Shown one piece after another: positions 7,696-17,598 of a stretch of DNA of 50,069 bases. The position numbers and the translations under genes were made by a program. The stretch is from Myxococcaceae bacterium. GTDB taxonomy: Bacteria; Myxococcota; Myxococcia; Myxococcales; Myxococcaceae. Numbering within the stretch: the stretch's first letter is position 1; each line of letters opens with the position of its first letter. The DNA lies in NCBI GenBank assembly GCA_036559665.1, contig DATBSS010000643.1, positions 1-50,069 of the forward strand, written 5' to 3'. The notes beneath the pieces are model-generated. The model had not been told where the DNA came from. It was given only the letters and a program-made list of their open reading frames with translations, and searched no databases.

Positions 7696-10600
7696 ATGCG
7701 AACGAGCTGGTACCCCCTGGCCGCGCTGGCCATTGGCCTTTCCACCGCCGCCTCCGCCGCCACCCTCGACGAGGTGTATGGCAAGTACGTCGAGGCCCGC
7801 GGCGGCGCGGCGAAGCTGGCGGCCCTCAAGTCCGTCCGAATCACCGGGAGGGCGATGTTCGGCCCGGACGGGCGCTTCCAGACGGACTGGGGGCTGATGC
7901 TCAAGAAGCCCGGGATGCTGCGCGAGGAGGTCACCCTCCAGGGGCTGAGCACGGTGGACGCCTGCGACGGCAAAGAGGGCTGGCGGTTGGACCCGTTCCA
8001 GGGCCGCCGGGACCCCGAGCGCTCCTCCGCGGACGACACCAAGACGCTGATACAGCGGGCAGACCTGGAGGGGCCCTTCGTCAACTACAAGCAGAAGGGC
8101 CATACCGCCGAATACCTCGGCGTGGAGGACGTGGACGGGACGCCCGCGCACAAGGTCCGGCTCACCCTCAAGGACGGCGACGTCCACTACCTGTACCTGG
8201 ACCCGGACCAGTTCCTGGAGATCCGCGTGGTGACGGAGCACCGCTCGCGCGAAGCGCTGCAGATCGGCGAGTTGGACTACGGCAGCTACGCCCAGGTTGA
8301 GGGGGTGTGGTTCCCCACCTCCATCCAGGCCGGCCCCAAGGGCGGGCCGCGGTTCGCGCGCTTCGTCGTGGAGCGGCTGGAGGGGAACGTCGCGGCGGAT
8401 GACGCGCTCTTCCACTTCCCGGCGGCGGGGACGCGGGTGGAGCGGGGCATCCTGGCCGGGCCCAAACCGGCGCAGGCGGCGAACGTGCCCGCGGCGGCGC
8501 CGCCGGCCCCGAAGACGCCCCCGGCGCTGGACTCGGGCGTCCTCTCCGGGCTGGGGGCGCGCAACATCGGCTCGGCGGCGATGAGCGGCCGCATCGCGGC
8601 GGTGGCGGCGCGCAACGAGAAGGGCAAGACGCTGCTGTACGTCGGCTCGGCCTCCGGCGGCGTGTGGAAGTCCGAGGACAGCGGCACCACCTACAAGCCG
8701 GTGTTCGACAAGCAGCCCGTGCAGTCCATCGGCGCCATCACCATCGACCCCACCAACTCCAGGGTGATCTGGGTGGGCACCGGCGAGGCGTGGACGCGCA
8801 ACTCGGTCTCCATCGGCGACGGCATCTACAAGTCGGCGGACGGCGGCGAGAGCTGGACCAACATGGGCCTGCGCGAGTCCGAGCGCGTGGTCCGCATCCT
8901 CGTCCACCCCAGGAGCCCGGACACCGTCTACGCCTGCGTCCCCGGCAAGCTCTGGAGCGACAGCGCGGACCGCGGCGTCTACAAGACCACCAACGGCGGC
9001 AAGACGTGGTCGCTGGTGCTCAAGGGGTCCAACCTCTCCACCGGCTGCTCCGGCCTGGCCATGGACCCGAAGAACCCGGACCTGCTCTTCGCGGGCCTGT
9101 GGGACTTCCGGCGCAAGGGCTGGACGTTCCGCTCCGGCGGCGACGGCCCGGACGCGCCCTCCGGGAGCGGGCTGTACCAGTCGCCGGACGGCGGCAAGAC
9201 CTGGACGGAGCTGAAGGGCGGCGGGCTGCCGCCCAAGCCGTGGGGCCGGGTGGAGGTGGTGATCGCCCCCTCGGACTCGAAGGTGGTCTACACGCTGGTG
9301 GAGTCCAGGGACTCGGGACTGTTCCGCTCTTCAGACGGCGGCAAGACCTGGGACGCGCGCGACAAGAGCCAGAACATGGTCTGGCGGCCGTTCTACTTCG
9401 CGCGGCTGGTGGTGGATCCCACCAACCCGGACCGGGTGTTCAAGCCGGACCTGAGCCTGGTGGTGAGCGAGGACGGCGGCAAGAGCTTCTCGTACAGCGG
9501 GGGCCGGTCGCACGGGGACTGGCACGACCTCTGGATCGACCCGGAGAACCCCAAGCACGTGATCGGCGGCGACGACGGCGGGCTCTGGTACTCGTTCGAC
9601 GGCGGGTCCACCTGGTGGAAGTGCCAGAACCTGCCGGTGTCGCAGTTCTACCACGTGACCGTGGACGACAAGGACCCGTACCGGGTCTATGGCGGCCTGC
9701 AGGACAACAGCACCTGGGTCGGCCCCTCGGCGTACGGCGGCGGCATCACCAACCAGACCTGGGAGAACCTCTTCGGCGGCGACGGCTTCTGGGCGCAGGT
9801 GGACCCGACCGACCCGGACACCATCTACGCCGAGGCCCAGGGCGGCTACATCGGCCGGATCGACCGGCGCACCCAGACCTCCCGGGACATCCAGCCCAAG
9901 GCCGGCTACAAGGAGAAGCTGCGCTTCAACTGGAACTCGCCCATCCATCTCAGCCCCGCCGGCAAGGGCACGCTCTACCTGGGGGCGCAGTTCCTGTTCC
10001 GCTCGCGCGACCGCGGCGACAGCTGGGAGCGGATCTCCCCGGACCTCACCACCAACGACCCGCAGAAGCAGAAGCAGGAGCTGTCCGGCGGCGTCACCGT
10101 GGACAACTCGTCCGCGGAGATGCACACCACCATCTTCTCCGTCGCCGAGTCGCCCCTGGACCCCAACACCATCTGGGTGGGCACCGACGACGGCAACGTG
10201 CAGCTCACCCGCGATAGCGGGAAGAGCTGGACCAACGTGGTGGGGAACGTGAAGGGGTTGCCGCGCTTCTCCTGGGTGAGCTGGATGGAGGCCAGCCGCG
10301 CCTCCGCCGGCACCGCCTACGCGGCGTTCGACCGCCACTCCTTCGGCGACATGACGCCCTGGGTGTTCAAGACGGCCGACTTCGGCAAGACCTGGAACCG
10401 GATCATCGGCCCGGAGACGGGCGTGCGCGGCTACGCCCATGTCATCCGGGAGGACCCGGTCCAGAAGTCGCTGCTCTACTGCGGCACGGAGCTGGGGCTG
10501 TGGATCTCCATCGACGGCGGTAGGGTCTGGAGCGAGTTCAAGGGCGGCAACTTCCCGGCGGTGGCGGTGAGGGACCTGGCGTTCCAGGTGCGCGACGGCG

Positions 10601-11649
10601 ACCTGGTGATCGCCACCCACGGCCGCGGGATCTGGATCATCGACGACCTCACCCCGCTGCGCGCGCTCACCTCCGAGGTGGCGGCCCGCGACGCGGCGTT
10701 CCTCCCCGGCCGGCCGGTGCAGCAGCGGCTGCTCGCGGGCGGGGGCTGGGTGGAAGGCGACGCGACGTTCGAGGGCCAGAACCCGCCTTCCGGCGCGGTG
10801 ATCACCTACTACCAGCGGACCCGGCACCTGTTCGGGTCGATCAAGATCGAGGTGCTGGACCCCGCCGGGAAGGTGATCGATTCGATCCCCGCCACCAACC
10901 GCCGCGGCCTCAACCGGGTCGTCTGGTCCATGCAGGTGAAACCGCCGCGGGTGCCGCGCGCCGCGTCGCTGGCGGGCGCTGGGTCGCAGGGGCCGCGGGT
11001 GGTGCCGGGCACGTACACCGTCCGGCTCACCAAGGGCGCGCAGGCGTTCGAGACCAAGCTGGAGATCGGCCTGGACCGCCGCGCGACGTACTCGGTGGCG
11101 GACCGGCGCGAACAGTTCGACGCCGCGATGCGCGTCCACGCCCTCTTCGGCCAGATGAGCGCGCTGGTGGACCGGCTGGAGGCGGCGGAGCGCTCTGCCG
11201 AGGCACGGGCCAAGGAGCTCCCCAAGGGCGACAAGCTGGCGCCGAGGCTGGCCGCGCTGGCGGGCAAGGTCACCGAGGTGCGCAAGAAGATCGTGGCCAC
11301 CAAGGAGGGCGGCGCCATCACCGGCGAGGAGCGGATCCGCGAGCACACCGACATCCTCTACGGCGCCATCCTGGGCTGGGAGGGCAAGCCGCCGCGCTAC
11401 CAGGTGGAGCGGATCGACGCGCTCAAGCGGGAGCTGGAGGATGCGCAGAAGGAGCTGGAGCAGCTCGCCGCCGCCGAGGGCAAGCCGATCAACGAGGAGC
11501 TCAAGACGCGCAAGCTGGAGCCGGTCCAGTTCGAGGGGCAGCTGGCGGAGGTGGAGCGCCCGGAACCCGAGGCGCTGGAGGCGATGGAGTGCTGGCGCAC
11601 CGGCGAGGGCTGCGAGGCGCCGGAGAGCCGCCCGGCCGAGCGGGACTGA
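7696..11649 (+). CDS. Large secreted BNR/Asp-box (sortilin/VPS10- or GH74-like) double beta-propeller protein with an N-terminal LolA-like domain and a C-terminal coiled-coil tail
   Basis: At least 11 Asp-box repeats of the form S-x-D-x-G-x-(T/S)-W (SEDSGTTY, SADGGESW, TTNGGKTW, SPDGGKTW, SSDGGKTW, SEDGGKSF, SFDGGSTW, SRDRGDSW, TRDSGKSW, TADFGKTW, SIDGGRVW). Start chosen at ATG 7696 (GGGAG Shine-Dalgarno, signal peptide MRTSWYPLAALAIGLSTAASAA). The N-terminal ~230 aa resemble lipoprotein-sorting (LolA-fold) proteins. Confidence 0.85.
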   Translation: MRTSWYPLAALAIGLSTAASAATLDEVYGKYVEARGGAAKLAALKSVRITGRAMFGPDGRFQTDWGLMLKKPGMLREEVTLQGLSTVDACDGKEGWRLDPFQGRRDPERSSADDTKTLIQRADLEGPFVNYKQKGHTAEYLGVEDVDGTPAHKVRLTLKDGDVHYLYLDPDQFLEIRVVTEHRSREALQIGELDYGSYAQVEGVWFPTSIQAGPKGGPRFARFVVERLEGNVAADDALFHFPAAGTRVERGILAGPKPAQAANVPAAAPPAPKTPPALDSGVLSGLGARNIGSAAMSGRIAAVAARNEKGKTLLYVGSASGGVWKSEDSGTTYKPVFDKQPVQSIGAITIDPTNSRVIWVGTGEAWTRNSVSIGDGIYKSADGGESWTNMGLRESERVVRILVHPRSPDTVYACVPGKLWSDSADRGVYKTTNGGKTWSLVLKGSNLSTGCSGLAMDPKNPDLLFAGLWDFRRKGWTFRSGGDGPDAPSGSGLYQSPDGGKTWTELKGGGLPPKPWGRVEVVIAPSDSKVVYTLVESRDSGLFRSSDGGKTWDARDKSQNMVWRPFYFARLVVDPTNPDRVFKPDLSLVVSEDGGKSFSYSGGRSHGDWHDLWIDPENPKHVIGGDDGGLWYSFDGGSTWWKCQNLPVSQFYHVTVDDKDPYRVYGGLQDNSTWVGPSAYGGGITNQTWENLFGGDGFWAQVDPTDPDTIYAEAQGGYIGRIDRRTQTSRDIQPKAGYKEKLRFNWNSPIHLSPAGKGTLYLGAQFLFRSRDRGDSWERISPDLTTNDPQKQKQELSGGVTVDNSSAEMHTTIFSVAESPLDPNTIWVGTDDGNVQLTRDSGKSWTNVVGNVKGLPRFSWVSWMEASRASAGTAYAAFDRHSFGDMTPWVFKTADFGKTWNRIIGPETGVRGYAHVIREDPVQKSLLYCGTELGLWISIDGGRVWSEFKGGNFPAVAVRDLAFQVRDGDLVIATHGRGIWIIDDLTPLRALTSEVAARDAAFLPGRPVQQRLLAGGGWVEGDATFEGQNPPSGAVITYYQRTRHLFGSIKIEVLDPAGKVIDSIPATNRRGLNRVVWSMQVKPPRVPRAASLAGAGSQGPRVVPGTYTVRLTKGAQAFETKLEIGLDRRATYSVADRREQFDAAMRVHALFGQMSALVDRLEAAERSAEARAKELPKGDKLAPRLAALAGKVTEVRKKIVATKEGGAITGEERIREHTDILYGAILGWEGKPPRYQVERIDALKRELEDAQKELEQLAAAEGKPINEELKTRKLEPVQFEGQLAEVERPEPEALEAMECWRTGEGCEAPESRPAERD

Positions 11650-11650
11650 C

Positions 11651-13087
11651 GTGCTCCACCGGGCATCGCCAGCGGCGTGGCCGCATGCCGTGGCGAATGG
11701 GGCGCGCCGGGCGAGGATCCGCGCCGCGCTGCTGATCTTCGCCGCCGCCTCGGCGGGGTGCGGGCCCTCGGCGGAGATCGCCTCGCTCACTCCGAGCGAG
11801 GTGATGTCGGTCTCCGCCTGGCTCACCGCCAGCGTCACCGGGGCCATGAGCGCTCGCGCCATCGCCACCGAACCGGACGGCCGCGCGGTGCGGACGCCGG
11901 ACCTTCCCCTGCTCGGCGACGGCGTGACGGTGGCGCTGCTGGGGCTGGCTCCGGACACCGACTACCAGGTCGTGGTGGAGGCGGTGCCGGCGTCCGGGGA
12001 GGCGGTGGCTTCGAAGCCGATGGCCTTCCACACCGGGTCGCTGCCGTCCGGGCTCCCCGTGCTCACGGCCCAGAACGGCGGCATCGACCGCGGCGCGCTG
12101 ACGCTGCTGGGGGTGGTGAACGTGGGCGGCGCGTCCCACGCGGCGATGATCGCCGACGCGGACGGTCGGGTGGTCTGGTACCACGTCACCGATCGGCCGG
12201 TGACGGACTTCCAGCGCCAGCCGGATGGGACGTACACCGCCTGCGAGATCGGCCCGGTGACGCCGCCGGCGCCGGAGCGCTGCGACCAGTTCGATCGGGA
12301 GGGCCGGCTGCTCCGGATCTGGACCGCGCCCCCGGAGAGCCCCGCCACCGACACCCACGAGCTGCGCATCCTCGACGGCGGCGACGCGCTGCTGATGGGG
12401 AGCCAGGCGCACCCGGCCGACTTCAGCGCGGTGGGCGGGAGCGCGAGCGCCCAGGCGATGGGACAGGTCGTGTACCGGCTGGGCCCGGGCGGCGAGCAGC
12501 GCTTCCGCTGGAGCGCGTTCGACCACCTGGCGTTCGACGACGTGGACCCTGCGGTCCTGCTGTCCCAGGATCCGGTGGACTGGACCCACGCGGACGCCGT
12601 CTCCCAGACAGCGGACGGGAATTACCTGGTCACCTTCCGGAACCTCTCCCAGGTGGTGAAGATCGACGCCGCCACTGGCGCCATCCTCTGGCGGCTGGGC
12701 GGGAGGCGCTCCAGCTTCACCTTCCCGGACGACCCGCTGGTCGGCCCGTCGTTCCAGCACGGCGCGCGCGAGCTGCCGGACGGGCACATCCTCCTCTTCG
12801 ACAACGGCAACGGGCGCCCGACCCGGCAGAGCCGCGCGGTGGAGTACGCGCTGGACCTGCAGCGGATGGAGGCGCGCGTCGCCTGGCAGTACGCGCCGGC
12901 GGCGCCGGCCTGGGCAGCCGACTTCGGGTTCGCCCAGCGGCTGCCGAACGGGAACACCCTGGTGTCGTTGGGGTCGCTGGCGCGGGTGGAGGAGGTCACG
13001 CCGGCCGGCCAGGTGGTGTGGTCGGTCGAGTCGCCGAACGCGGGCCTGGGCATCTACCGCGCCATCCGGATCGACACCCTGTACTGA
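11651..13087 (+). CDS. Arylsulfotransferase (ASST)-family beta-propeller lipoprotein
   Basis: GTG start lies 1 nt after the BNR stop. Lipobox ...LIFAAASAGC. The body has ASST-like features (THELRILDGGDALL, DWTHADAVSQTADGNYLVTFRNLSQVVKID, HGARELPDGHILLFDNGN). The ORF-track start at 11441 overlaps the upstream gene in a junk frame. Confidence 0.7.
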   Translation: MLHRASPAAWPHAVANGARRARIRAALLIFAAASAGCGPSAEIASLTPSEVMSVSAWLTASVTGAMSARAIATEPDGRAVRTPDLPLLGDGVTVALLGLAPDTDYQVVVEAVPASGEAVASKPMAFHTGSLPSGLPVLTAQNGGIDRGALTLLGVVNVGGASHAAMIADADGRVVWYHVTDRPVTDFQRQPDGTYTACEIGPVTPPAPERCDQFDREGRLLRIWTAPPESPATDTHELRILDGGDALLMGSQAHPADFSAVGGSASAQAMGQVVYRLGPGGEQRFRWSAFDHLAFDDVDPAVLLSQDPVDWTHADAVSQTADGNYLVTFRNLSQVVKIDAATGAILWRLGGRRSSFTFPDDPLVGPSFQHGARELPDGHILLFDNGNGRPTRQSRAVEYALDLQRMEARVAWQYAPAAPAWAADFGFAQRLPNGNTLVSLGSLARVEEVTPAGQVVWSVESPNAGLGIYRAIRIDTLY

Positions 13088-13108
13088 AGGCCGTGGCTAC
13101 GAGGGGCG

Positions 13109-13954
13109 CTAGCGCGGGGACCGCCAGGAGAAGGCCGGCTCCCAGGCGCGCTGCTCGCGGACGTAGCGGCGGTCACCGGTGGCCAGCAGCGTCCCGGCGG
13201 CGTCGTACGCCACGCGCGCGCTGATGCCGCTCCGCTGCGGCGGGGACTCGATGACCGCCACGTAGAAGTCGTCCGCGCCCGCGGCCACCAGGTAGAGGCC
13301 GATGAACTCCCGGTTGACGGCGGCGTCGCGCTTCATCTTCTCGAAGGCGGGCGGGTAGGACCAGGCGTCGAGCAGCTTGGCGGTCTTCGCCTCCAGCTGC
13401 GCGTCCACCCACCGCCCCAGCGCCACCACGTCCCCCGACCTGGGCAGCTGCGACAGCTCCGCGTAGATGCGGTCCACCAGCACCTCGGAGATCGGCCCGG
13501 GGCGGAGCAGGGCGCGCGCGTCGCGAGAGATGCGGGCGCGGGTGTCCTCGTCCAGCGACTCCGGGAACAGCCGCGAGTAGCACTTGAGGCCCACCTCCAG
13601 CGCCACCACCGCCGTCGCGCGCGCGCCGGTGCGCTCCACCGCGCGGTTGGAGTCCCCGGCCACGAACTGGATCATCGCCAGCCGATCCAGCAGGTCCCGC
13701 CGGTGCACCTCCATCAGCGCCTCGCGGTCCATGGTCCGGTGCCCGGCGGGGATCATCAGCCAGGCGCCGGTCTTCAGCACCGCCTGCCGGGGGAGCGCGT
13801 TGGCGACCTCCACGGTGCGGACGGACTGCCGGAAGCGCTCGGCGACCGAGCGGACGGTCTCGCCCTGGGCGGTGCGGATGGTGCGCACCGCGTTCTCCTC
13901 CGGATGCTCCGGAGGCGCCCGGTGCAGGCCGGAGCGCCCCCGGGCCGGCTCCAC
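13109..13954 (-). CDS. Hypothetical protein with a possible N-terminal LysM-like motif
   Basis: Only the C-terminal ~280 aa of ORF 13109..14728 are protein-like. IRTAQGETVRSVAERFRQSVRTVEVANALPRQAVLKTGAWLMIP fits the LysM spacing. The start is uncertain (GTG 13954 proposed). The upstream part of the ORF is antisense to two real plus-strand genes. Confidence 0.5.
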   Translation of the reverse strand: MEPARGRSGLHRAPPEHPEENAVRTIRTAQGETVRSVAERFRQSVRTVEVANALPRQAVLKTGAWLMIPAGHRTMDREALMEVHRRDLLDRLAMIQFVAGDSNRAVERTGARATAVVALEVGLKCYSRLFPESLDEDTRARISRDARALLRPGPISEVLVDRIYAELSQLPRSGDVVALGRWVDAQLEAKTAKLLDAWSYPPAFEKMKRDAAVNREFIGLYLVAAGADDFYVAVIESPPQRSGISARVAYDAAGTLLATGDRRYVREQRAWEPAFSWRSPR

Positions 13955-14159
13955 CCGTTTCGTGTCGGTCGTCGATTTCTTGCCGCGCCCCACTCCGGGG
14001 CAGCTTACGCGGGAGGTCAAACCGGGCTCCAGCCCCGCGCGCAACGGGTGCGCGGGCCGCGCCAGGGCTGCGCGCTGGAAGGCGGGTTCCCCTGGGAAGC
14101 GGCCCGGCACGATTCGTGATGGTGCCTGAACCCGAGTGCAAAACCAGGAGCCATCCATC

Positions 14160-14540
14160 ATGGGAACTTTCATCGCGTGGGCCGAGAAGGCGCTGAAGTC
14201 GAGGCGCGACCGCCTGCTCGTGCTGCGGGCCGAGCAGGGGTGGGATCTGGAGAGCCTGGGGGAGCAGCGCCGCTCCGACCATGACTGGTTGGACCAGGCC
14301 GCGGACGACGAGGGCTCCGCGGTGGCCGCCCGGCTCTCCGAGTCCGAGTACCACGAGCTGGCCGCGATCGACGCCGCGCTCCGGCGGGTCGCCGCCGGGA
14401 CGTATGGCGAATGCGAGAGCTGCGGCGGCCCGGTGGGGCAGCAGCGGCTGCGCGCGCTGCCGGAGGCCCGGCTCTGCACGAGCTGCATCGCCGCCGGCGA
14501 ATCCCGCGTGGCCTGGCCCACGACGTGCCCAGGCCGGTGA
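14160..14540 (+). CDS. DksA/TraR-family C4 zinc-finger protein
   Basis: CESCGGPV...(17 aa)...CTSCIAAGE four-Cys finger preceded by a coiled-coil region. ATG 14160 has AGGAG 9 nt upstream; the ORF also opens at GTG 14136. Confidence 0.75.
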   Translation: MGTFIAWAEKALKSRRDRLLVLRAEQGWDLESLGEQRRSDHDWLDQAADDEGSAVAARLSESEYHELAAIDAALRRVAAGTYGECESCGGPVGQQRLRALPEARLCTSCIAAGESRVAWPTTCPGR

Positions 14541-14585
14541 AAGCCGGCTGCTGCGCGCGGCCGGCTTCTGAGGGAGGCTTGCCGG

Positions 14586-15122
14586 ATGCAAGTGCTCCTC
14601 TGGCTGGCGGGGCTGGCCGCGGCGGTGGTCGTGGTGGGCGCGCTGTTGCCGCGCCGAGTGACGGTGACGCGGTCCACGGTGGTGGCGGCTGGGCGCGACA
14701 CGCTCTTCCCGCTGATCGCCAGCTTCAAGCGGGGGTGGACGAAGTGGTCCCCCTTCGGGCCGCAGCGCGACCCGACGGTGCAGCTGGTCTACTCCGGGGC
14801 CGACCACGGCGAGGGCGCGGTGCAGCGCTGGACGTCGCAGAAGATGGGTGACGGACAGATGACCATGCTCCGCGCCGATCCGGAGCACGGGGTGGTCTAC
14901 GACCTCCAGATGGCGGCCGGAAAGTTCCGGAGCGGCGGGCAGATCGACCTTTCGCCCGACCCGGCCGGCACCCGGGTCACCTGGTCCAGCACCATCGACC
15001 TGGGCCGCAACCCCTTGATGCACTACCTGGGGATGATGATCCGCGCCGGGATGGGCCAGGCGTTCGACGAGGGCCTCAACACCCTCAAGCGCGAGGCCGA
15101 AGAGCCGCTCGGCTCGGCCTGA
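14586..15122 (+). CDS. SRPBCC (START/polyketide-cyclase-like) family protein with an N-terminal membrane anchor
   Basis: The size and pattern (TVTRSTVVAAGRDTLFPLIASFKRGWTKWSPF ... RVTWSS) are typical of SRPBCC/DUF-type proteins. GGGAGG Shine-Dalgarno lies 8 nt upstream. Confidence 0.6.
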   Translation: MQVLLWLAGLAAAVVVVGALLPRRVTVTRSTVVAAGRDTLFPLIASFKRGWTKWSPFGPQRDPTVQLVYSGADHGEGAVQRWTSQKMGDGQMTMLRADPEHGVVYDLQMAAGKFRSGGQIDLSPDPAGTRVTWSSTIDLGRNPLMHYLGMMIRAGMGQAFDEGLNTLKREAEEPLGSA

Positions 15123-15237
15123 GGGCGCCGGTCGTCGATCGGGTCGTTGTGCGTGGGCGCGCCACCCCGGCGCCCCGACAGCGCGCGGCGGCCCCGCACC
15201 TCGCCGGGCTTGCACGCGGTGCATACCTTCGCCGCCA

Positions 15238-17598
15238 ATGGCACGAGCCCTTCACCGTTCGCCCGCTGGGCTCACAGGCCGGACCGCCGCGGTGGCGATG
15301 TGGATGGCCGCCCAGTCGGCGCTCGCGGGCGGTCTCCAGGCACCGCCGGCACTCGCGGTCGCGGAAGAGCCCTCCCTGGCCGAGCGCCAGCTGGACCAGG
15401 CCTTGGAGAAGCCCGGAGCAACGCCTGGGGGAGCATCGGTCTCCCCGCACTGGCTGGTCCGCGCCGAGGACCTGGCCCCGTACTTCGACGCGCCGGCGCT
15501 CCAGGCCGCCAAGCAGCAATTCGACCGGGGCCGGTTCCAGCGCGCGCGCCAACTCCTGGCAGACCAGGGGGATGCTCCACCGGTGCGGTTCCTGGCCGCG
15601 CTGGCCGCCTACCGCCAAGGTGATTTCGCCTCCGCGGCGGCGGAGTTCGCCGCGCTGGCCCCGGCCTACCCCGCGCTCGCCGACCAGTGCGAGTTGTACG
15701 CGGGGAAGGCCGGCGAGCGCCTGGGGAAGCGCTCCGACGCGCTGGCCCACTACGCCCGGGTGCGAGACCCGTCCTCCGCGTTCGCCGAGGCCCGCTTCGC
15801 CATGGGCCGCCTGCTGTTCAAGCGCGGCGACCTGGAGGGCGCCATCGACGCGCTGTCGCCCTTGCGCGAGCGCGCCGGGGTGCGGGTGAAGATGGCCACG
15901 TGGGCGAAGGGAGACGCGCTGCTGGGCATCGCGGACCTGGCCCAGCGCAAGGGCGACCCGAACGCCGCCCACCGCGCGCTCCTGGAGGCGTGGGCCACCA
16001 GCCCGTTCTCCGCGCAGGCGGACATCGCCTGGAAGCGGCTGCAAGGGTTGCCGGTGCCGAACAAGTGGCGCATCCGGCGCGCCGAGGCGCTCCTGGACCT
16101 GCACTTCAACCTGGAGGCGGCGCGGCTGGCGAAGCAGGTGAAGTCCCCGCTCCCCGACGAGTGGGCCTGCCGCGCCGGCCTGGTGGCGGGGAACGCGCTG
16201 CGCAAGGAGCGGCAGCACCGCCAGGCCATCGCCGCGCTCACCCCGGTGGCGAAGAGCTGCCCAGCGGTGCGGCTCCAGGCGCTGCTCACCATGGCGTACT
16301 CGCAATCGGTGGTGGACCCGGAGGCCGGCGTCGCCACCTACGACGCCGTGGCTTCCGAATTCGCCGGCCAGCGCTACGCGCAGGACGCGGCCTACCTGGC
16401 GGCGCAGATCCTGCTCCGGCGCGGGAACCTCCCGGCGGCGCTGGGCCGGCTGGAGTCGATCTCCCGCCAGGCTCCGGCCGGCGAGTACGGCGCCCAGGCG
16501 CTCTTCCAGCAGGCGCTCATCCGCCGCGAGCTGGGCCAGAAGCCGCAGGCGGCGGCGGACCTGGCGCGCCTTCTGGCGCTCCCCGCGCTCCCGCCGGAGC
16601 AGGCCCAGCGGGCCCGGTACTGGCGGGCGCGGCTGGGGGAGGAGCTGGACGAGCCGGGCGCACAGGCGGCCATGGCCCTGGTGGCCACCGAGCACCCCGC
16701 GTCGTACTACGGGCTCCTGGCCAGGAGCCGGCTGGGCCCAGGCACGCAGGCTCCGGGCCCCGCCGCGGCCACGGCCGTGTCGGTCGCCCCCACCGCGGCC
16801 GTGGTCCCCGGGAAACGGTGTGACGCCGCGGACAAGTGGCCGCTGGACGCGGGCCCGCTGGCGGAGGACCCCACCTTCGTGGAGGGCGTGGAGCTGCTCC
16901 GGCTGGAGTTGCCCGGCGCCGGGCCGCCGCTGTTGGCCATCGACCCGCGGCCGCTGCCCGCCTCCGCCGCCGAGCTGCTCATCGAGGTGCTCCGCCGCGC
17001 CGGCGCGGAGCGCGCGGTCAACCGCGTCACCCGGCTCACGCTGGGGCGCGACCTGGACGGGCCCATCGACGCCTGCGCCCAGGACACCTGGCAGGCGCTC
17101 TACCCGCGGCCGTTCCTGCCGGCGATCCAGCGGGCCGCCTCCGCCGCGCGCCTGGAGCCGGAGCTGCTGCTCGCGCTGGTCCGCGAGGAGAGCCGCTTCA
17201 ACCCGTACGCGCGATCCTCCACCGGAGCGCTCGGCCTCACCCAGCTGATGCTGGACACCGCCCAGGAGGTGGTGCGCGACTTCAAGCTGGGGGAGATCCG
17301 GCCGGACGACCTCTTCCGCCCGTCGACGAACGTGGCGATCGGCGGCCGCTACCTGGGCACGCTGGTGGCGCAGTTCCGACCCAGCGTGGGCCAGGCGGTG
17401 GCCGCCTACAACGCCGGTCCGTCCGCGGTGGCGCGCTGGGACCGACCCAAGGCCAGAGCCGAGCTGGACGAGTGGGTGGAGTGGATCCCCGTCGACGAGA
17501 CGCGCGACTACGTCAAGCGCGTGCTGGGGAGCTACGGCGCCTACCGGCTCCTCTACGGGACGGACCTGGCGCCGGTGGTCGCGCTTCGCCTCCAATAG
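15238..17598 (+). CDS. Soluble lytic murein transglycosylase (Slt70-like): long superhelical/TPR-like N-domain plus C-terminal SLT domain
   Basis: C-terminal LLLALVREESRFNPYARSSTGALGLTQLM and VAAYNAGPSAVARW catalytic-domain motifs. The N-terminal ~550 aa are Ala/Leu-rich and helical. A signal peptide is present. Confidence 0.88.
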   Translation: MARALHRSPAGLTGRTAAVAMWMAAQSALAGGLQAPPALAVAEEPSLAERQLDQALEKPGATPGGASVSPHWLVRAEDLAPYFDAPALQAAKQQFDRGRFQRARQLLADQGDAPPVRFLAALAAYRQGDFASAAAEFAALAPAYPALADQCELYAGKAGERLGKRSDALAHYARVRDPSSAFAEARFAMGRLLFKRGDLEGAIDALSPLRERAGVRVKMATWAKGDALLGIADLAQRKGDPNAAHRALLEAWATSPFSAQADIAWKRLQGLPVPNKWRIRRAEALLDLHFNLEAARLAKQVKSPLPDEWACRAGLVAGNALRKERQHRQAIAALTPVAKSCPAVRLQALLTMAYSQSVVDPEAGVATYDAVASEFAGQRYAQDAAYLAAQILLRRGNLPAALGRLESISRQAPAGEYGAQALFQQALIRRELGQKPQAAADLARLLALPALPPEQAQRARYWRARLGEELDEPGAQAAMALVATEHPASYYGLLARSRLGPGTQAPGPAAATAVSVAPTAAVVPGKRCDAADKWPLDAGPLAEDPTFVEGVELLRLELPGAGPPLLAIDPRPLPASAAELLIEVLRRAGAERAVNRVTRLTLGRDLDGPIDACAQDTWQALYPRPFLPAIQRAASAARLEPELLLALVREESRFNPYARSSTGALGLTQLMLDTAQEVVRDFKLGEIRPDDLFRPSTNVAIGGRYLGTLVAQFRPSVGQAVAAYNAGPSAVARWDRPKARAELDEWVEWIPVDETRDYVKRVLGSYGAYRLLYGTDLAPVVALRLQ

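Noticed and set aside
6910-11958. Long minus-strand ORFs 6910..8907 (665 aa) and 9331..11958 (875 aa)
   Set aside because: They are antisense to the BNR-propeller gene, which has 11 Asp-box repeats, and to its neighbours. They have junk-like Arg/Gly/Ala/Val composition.
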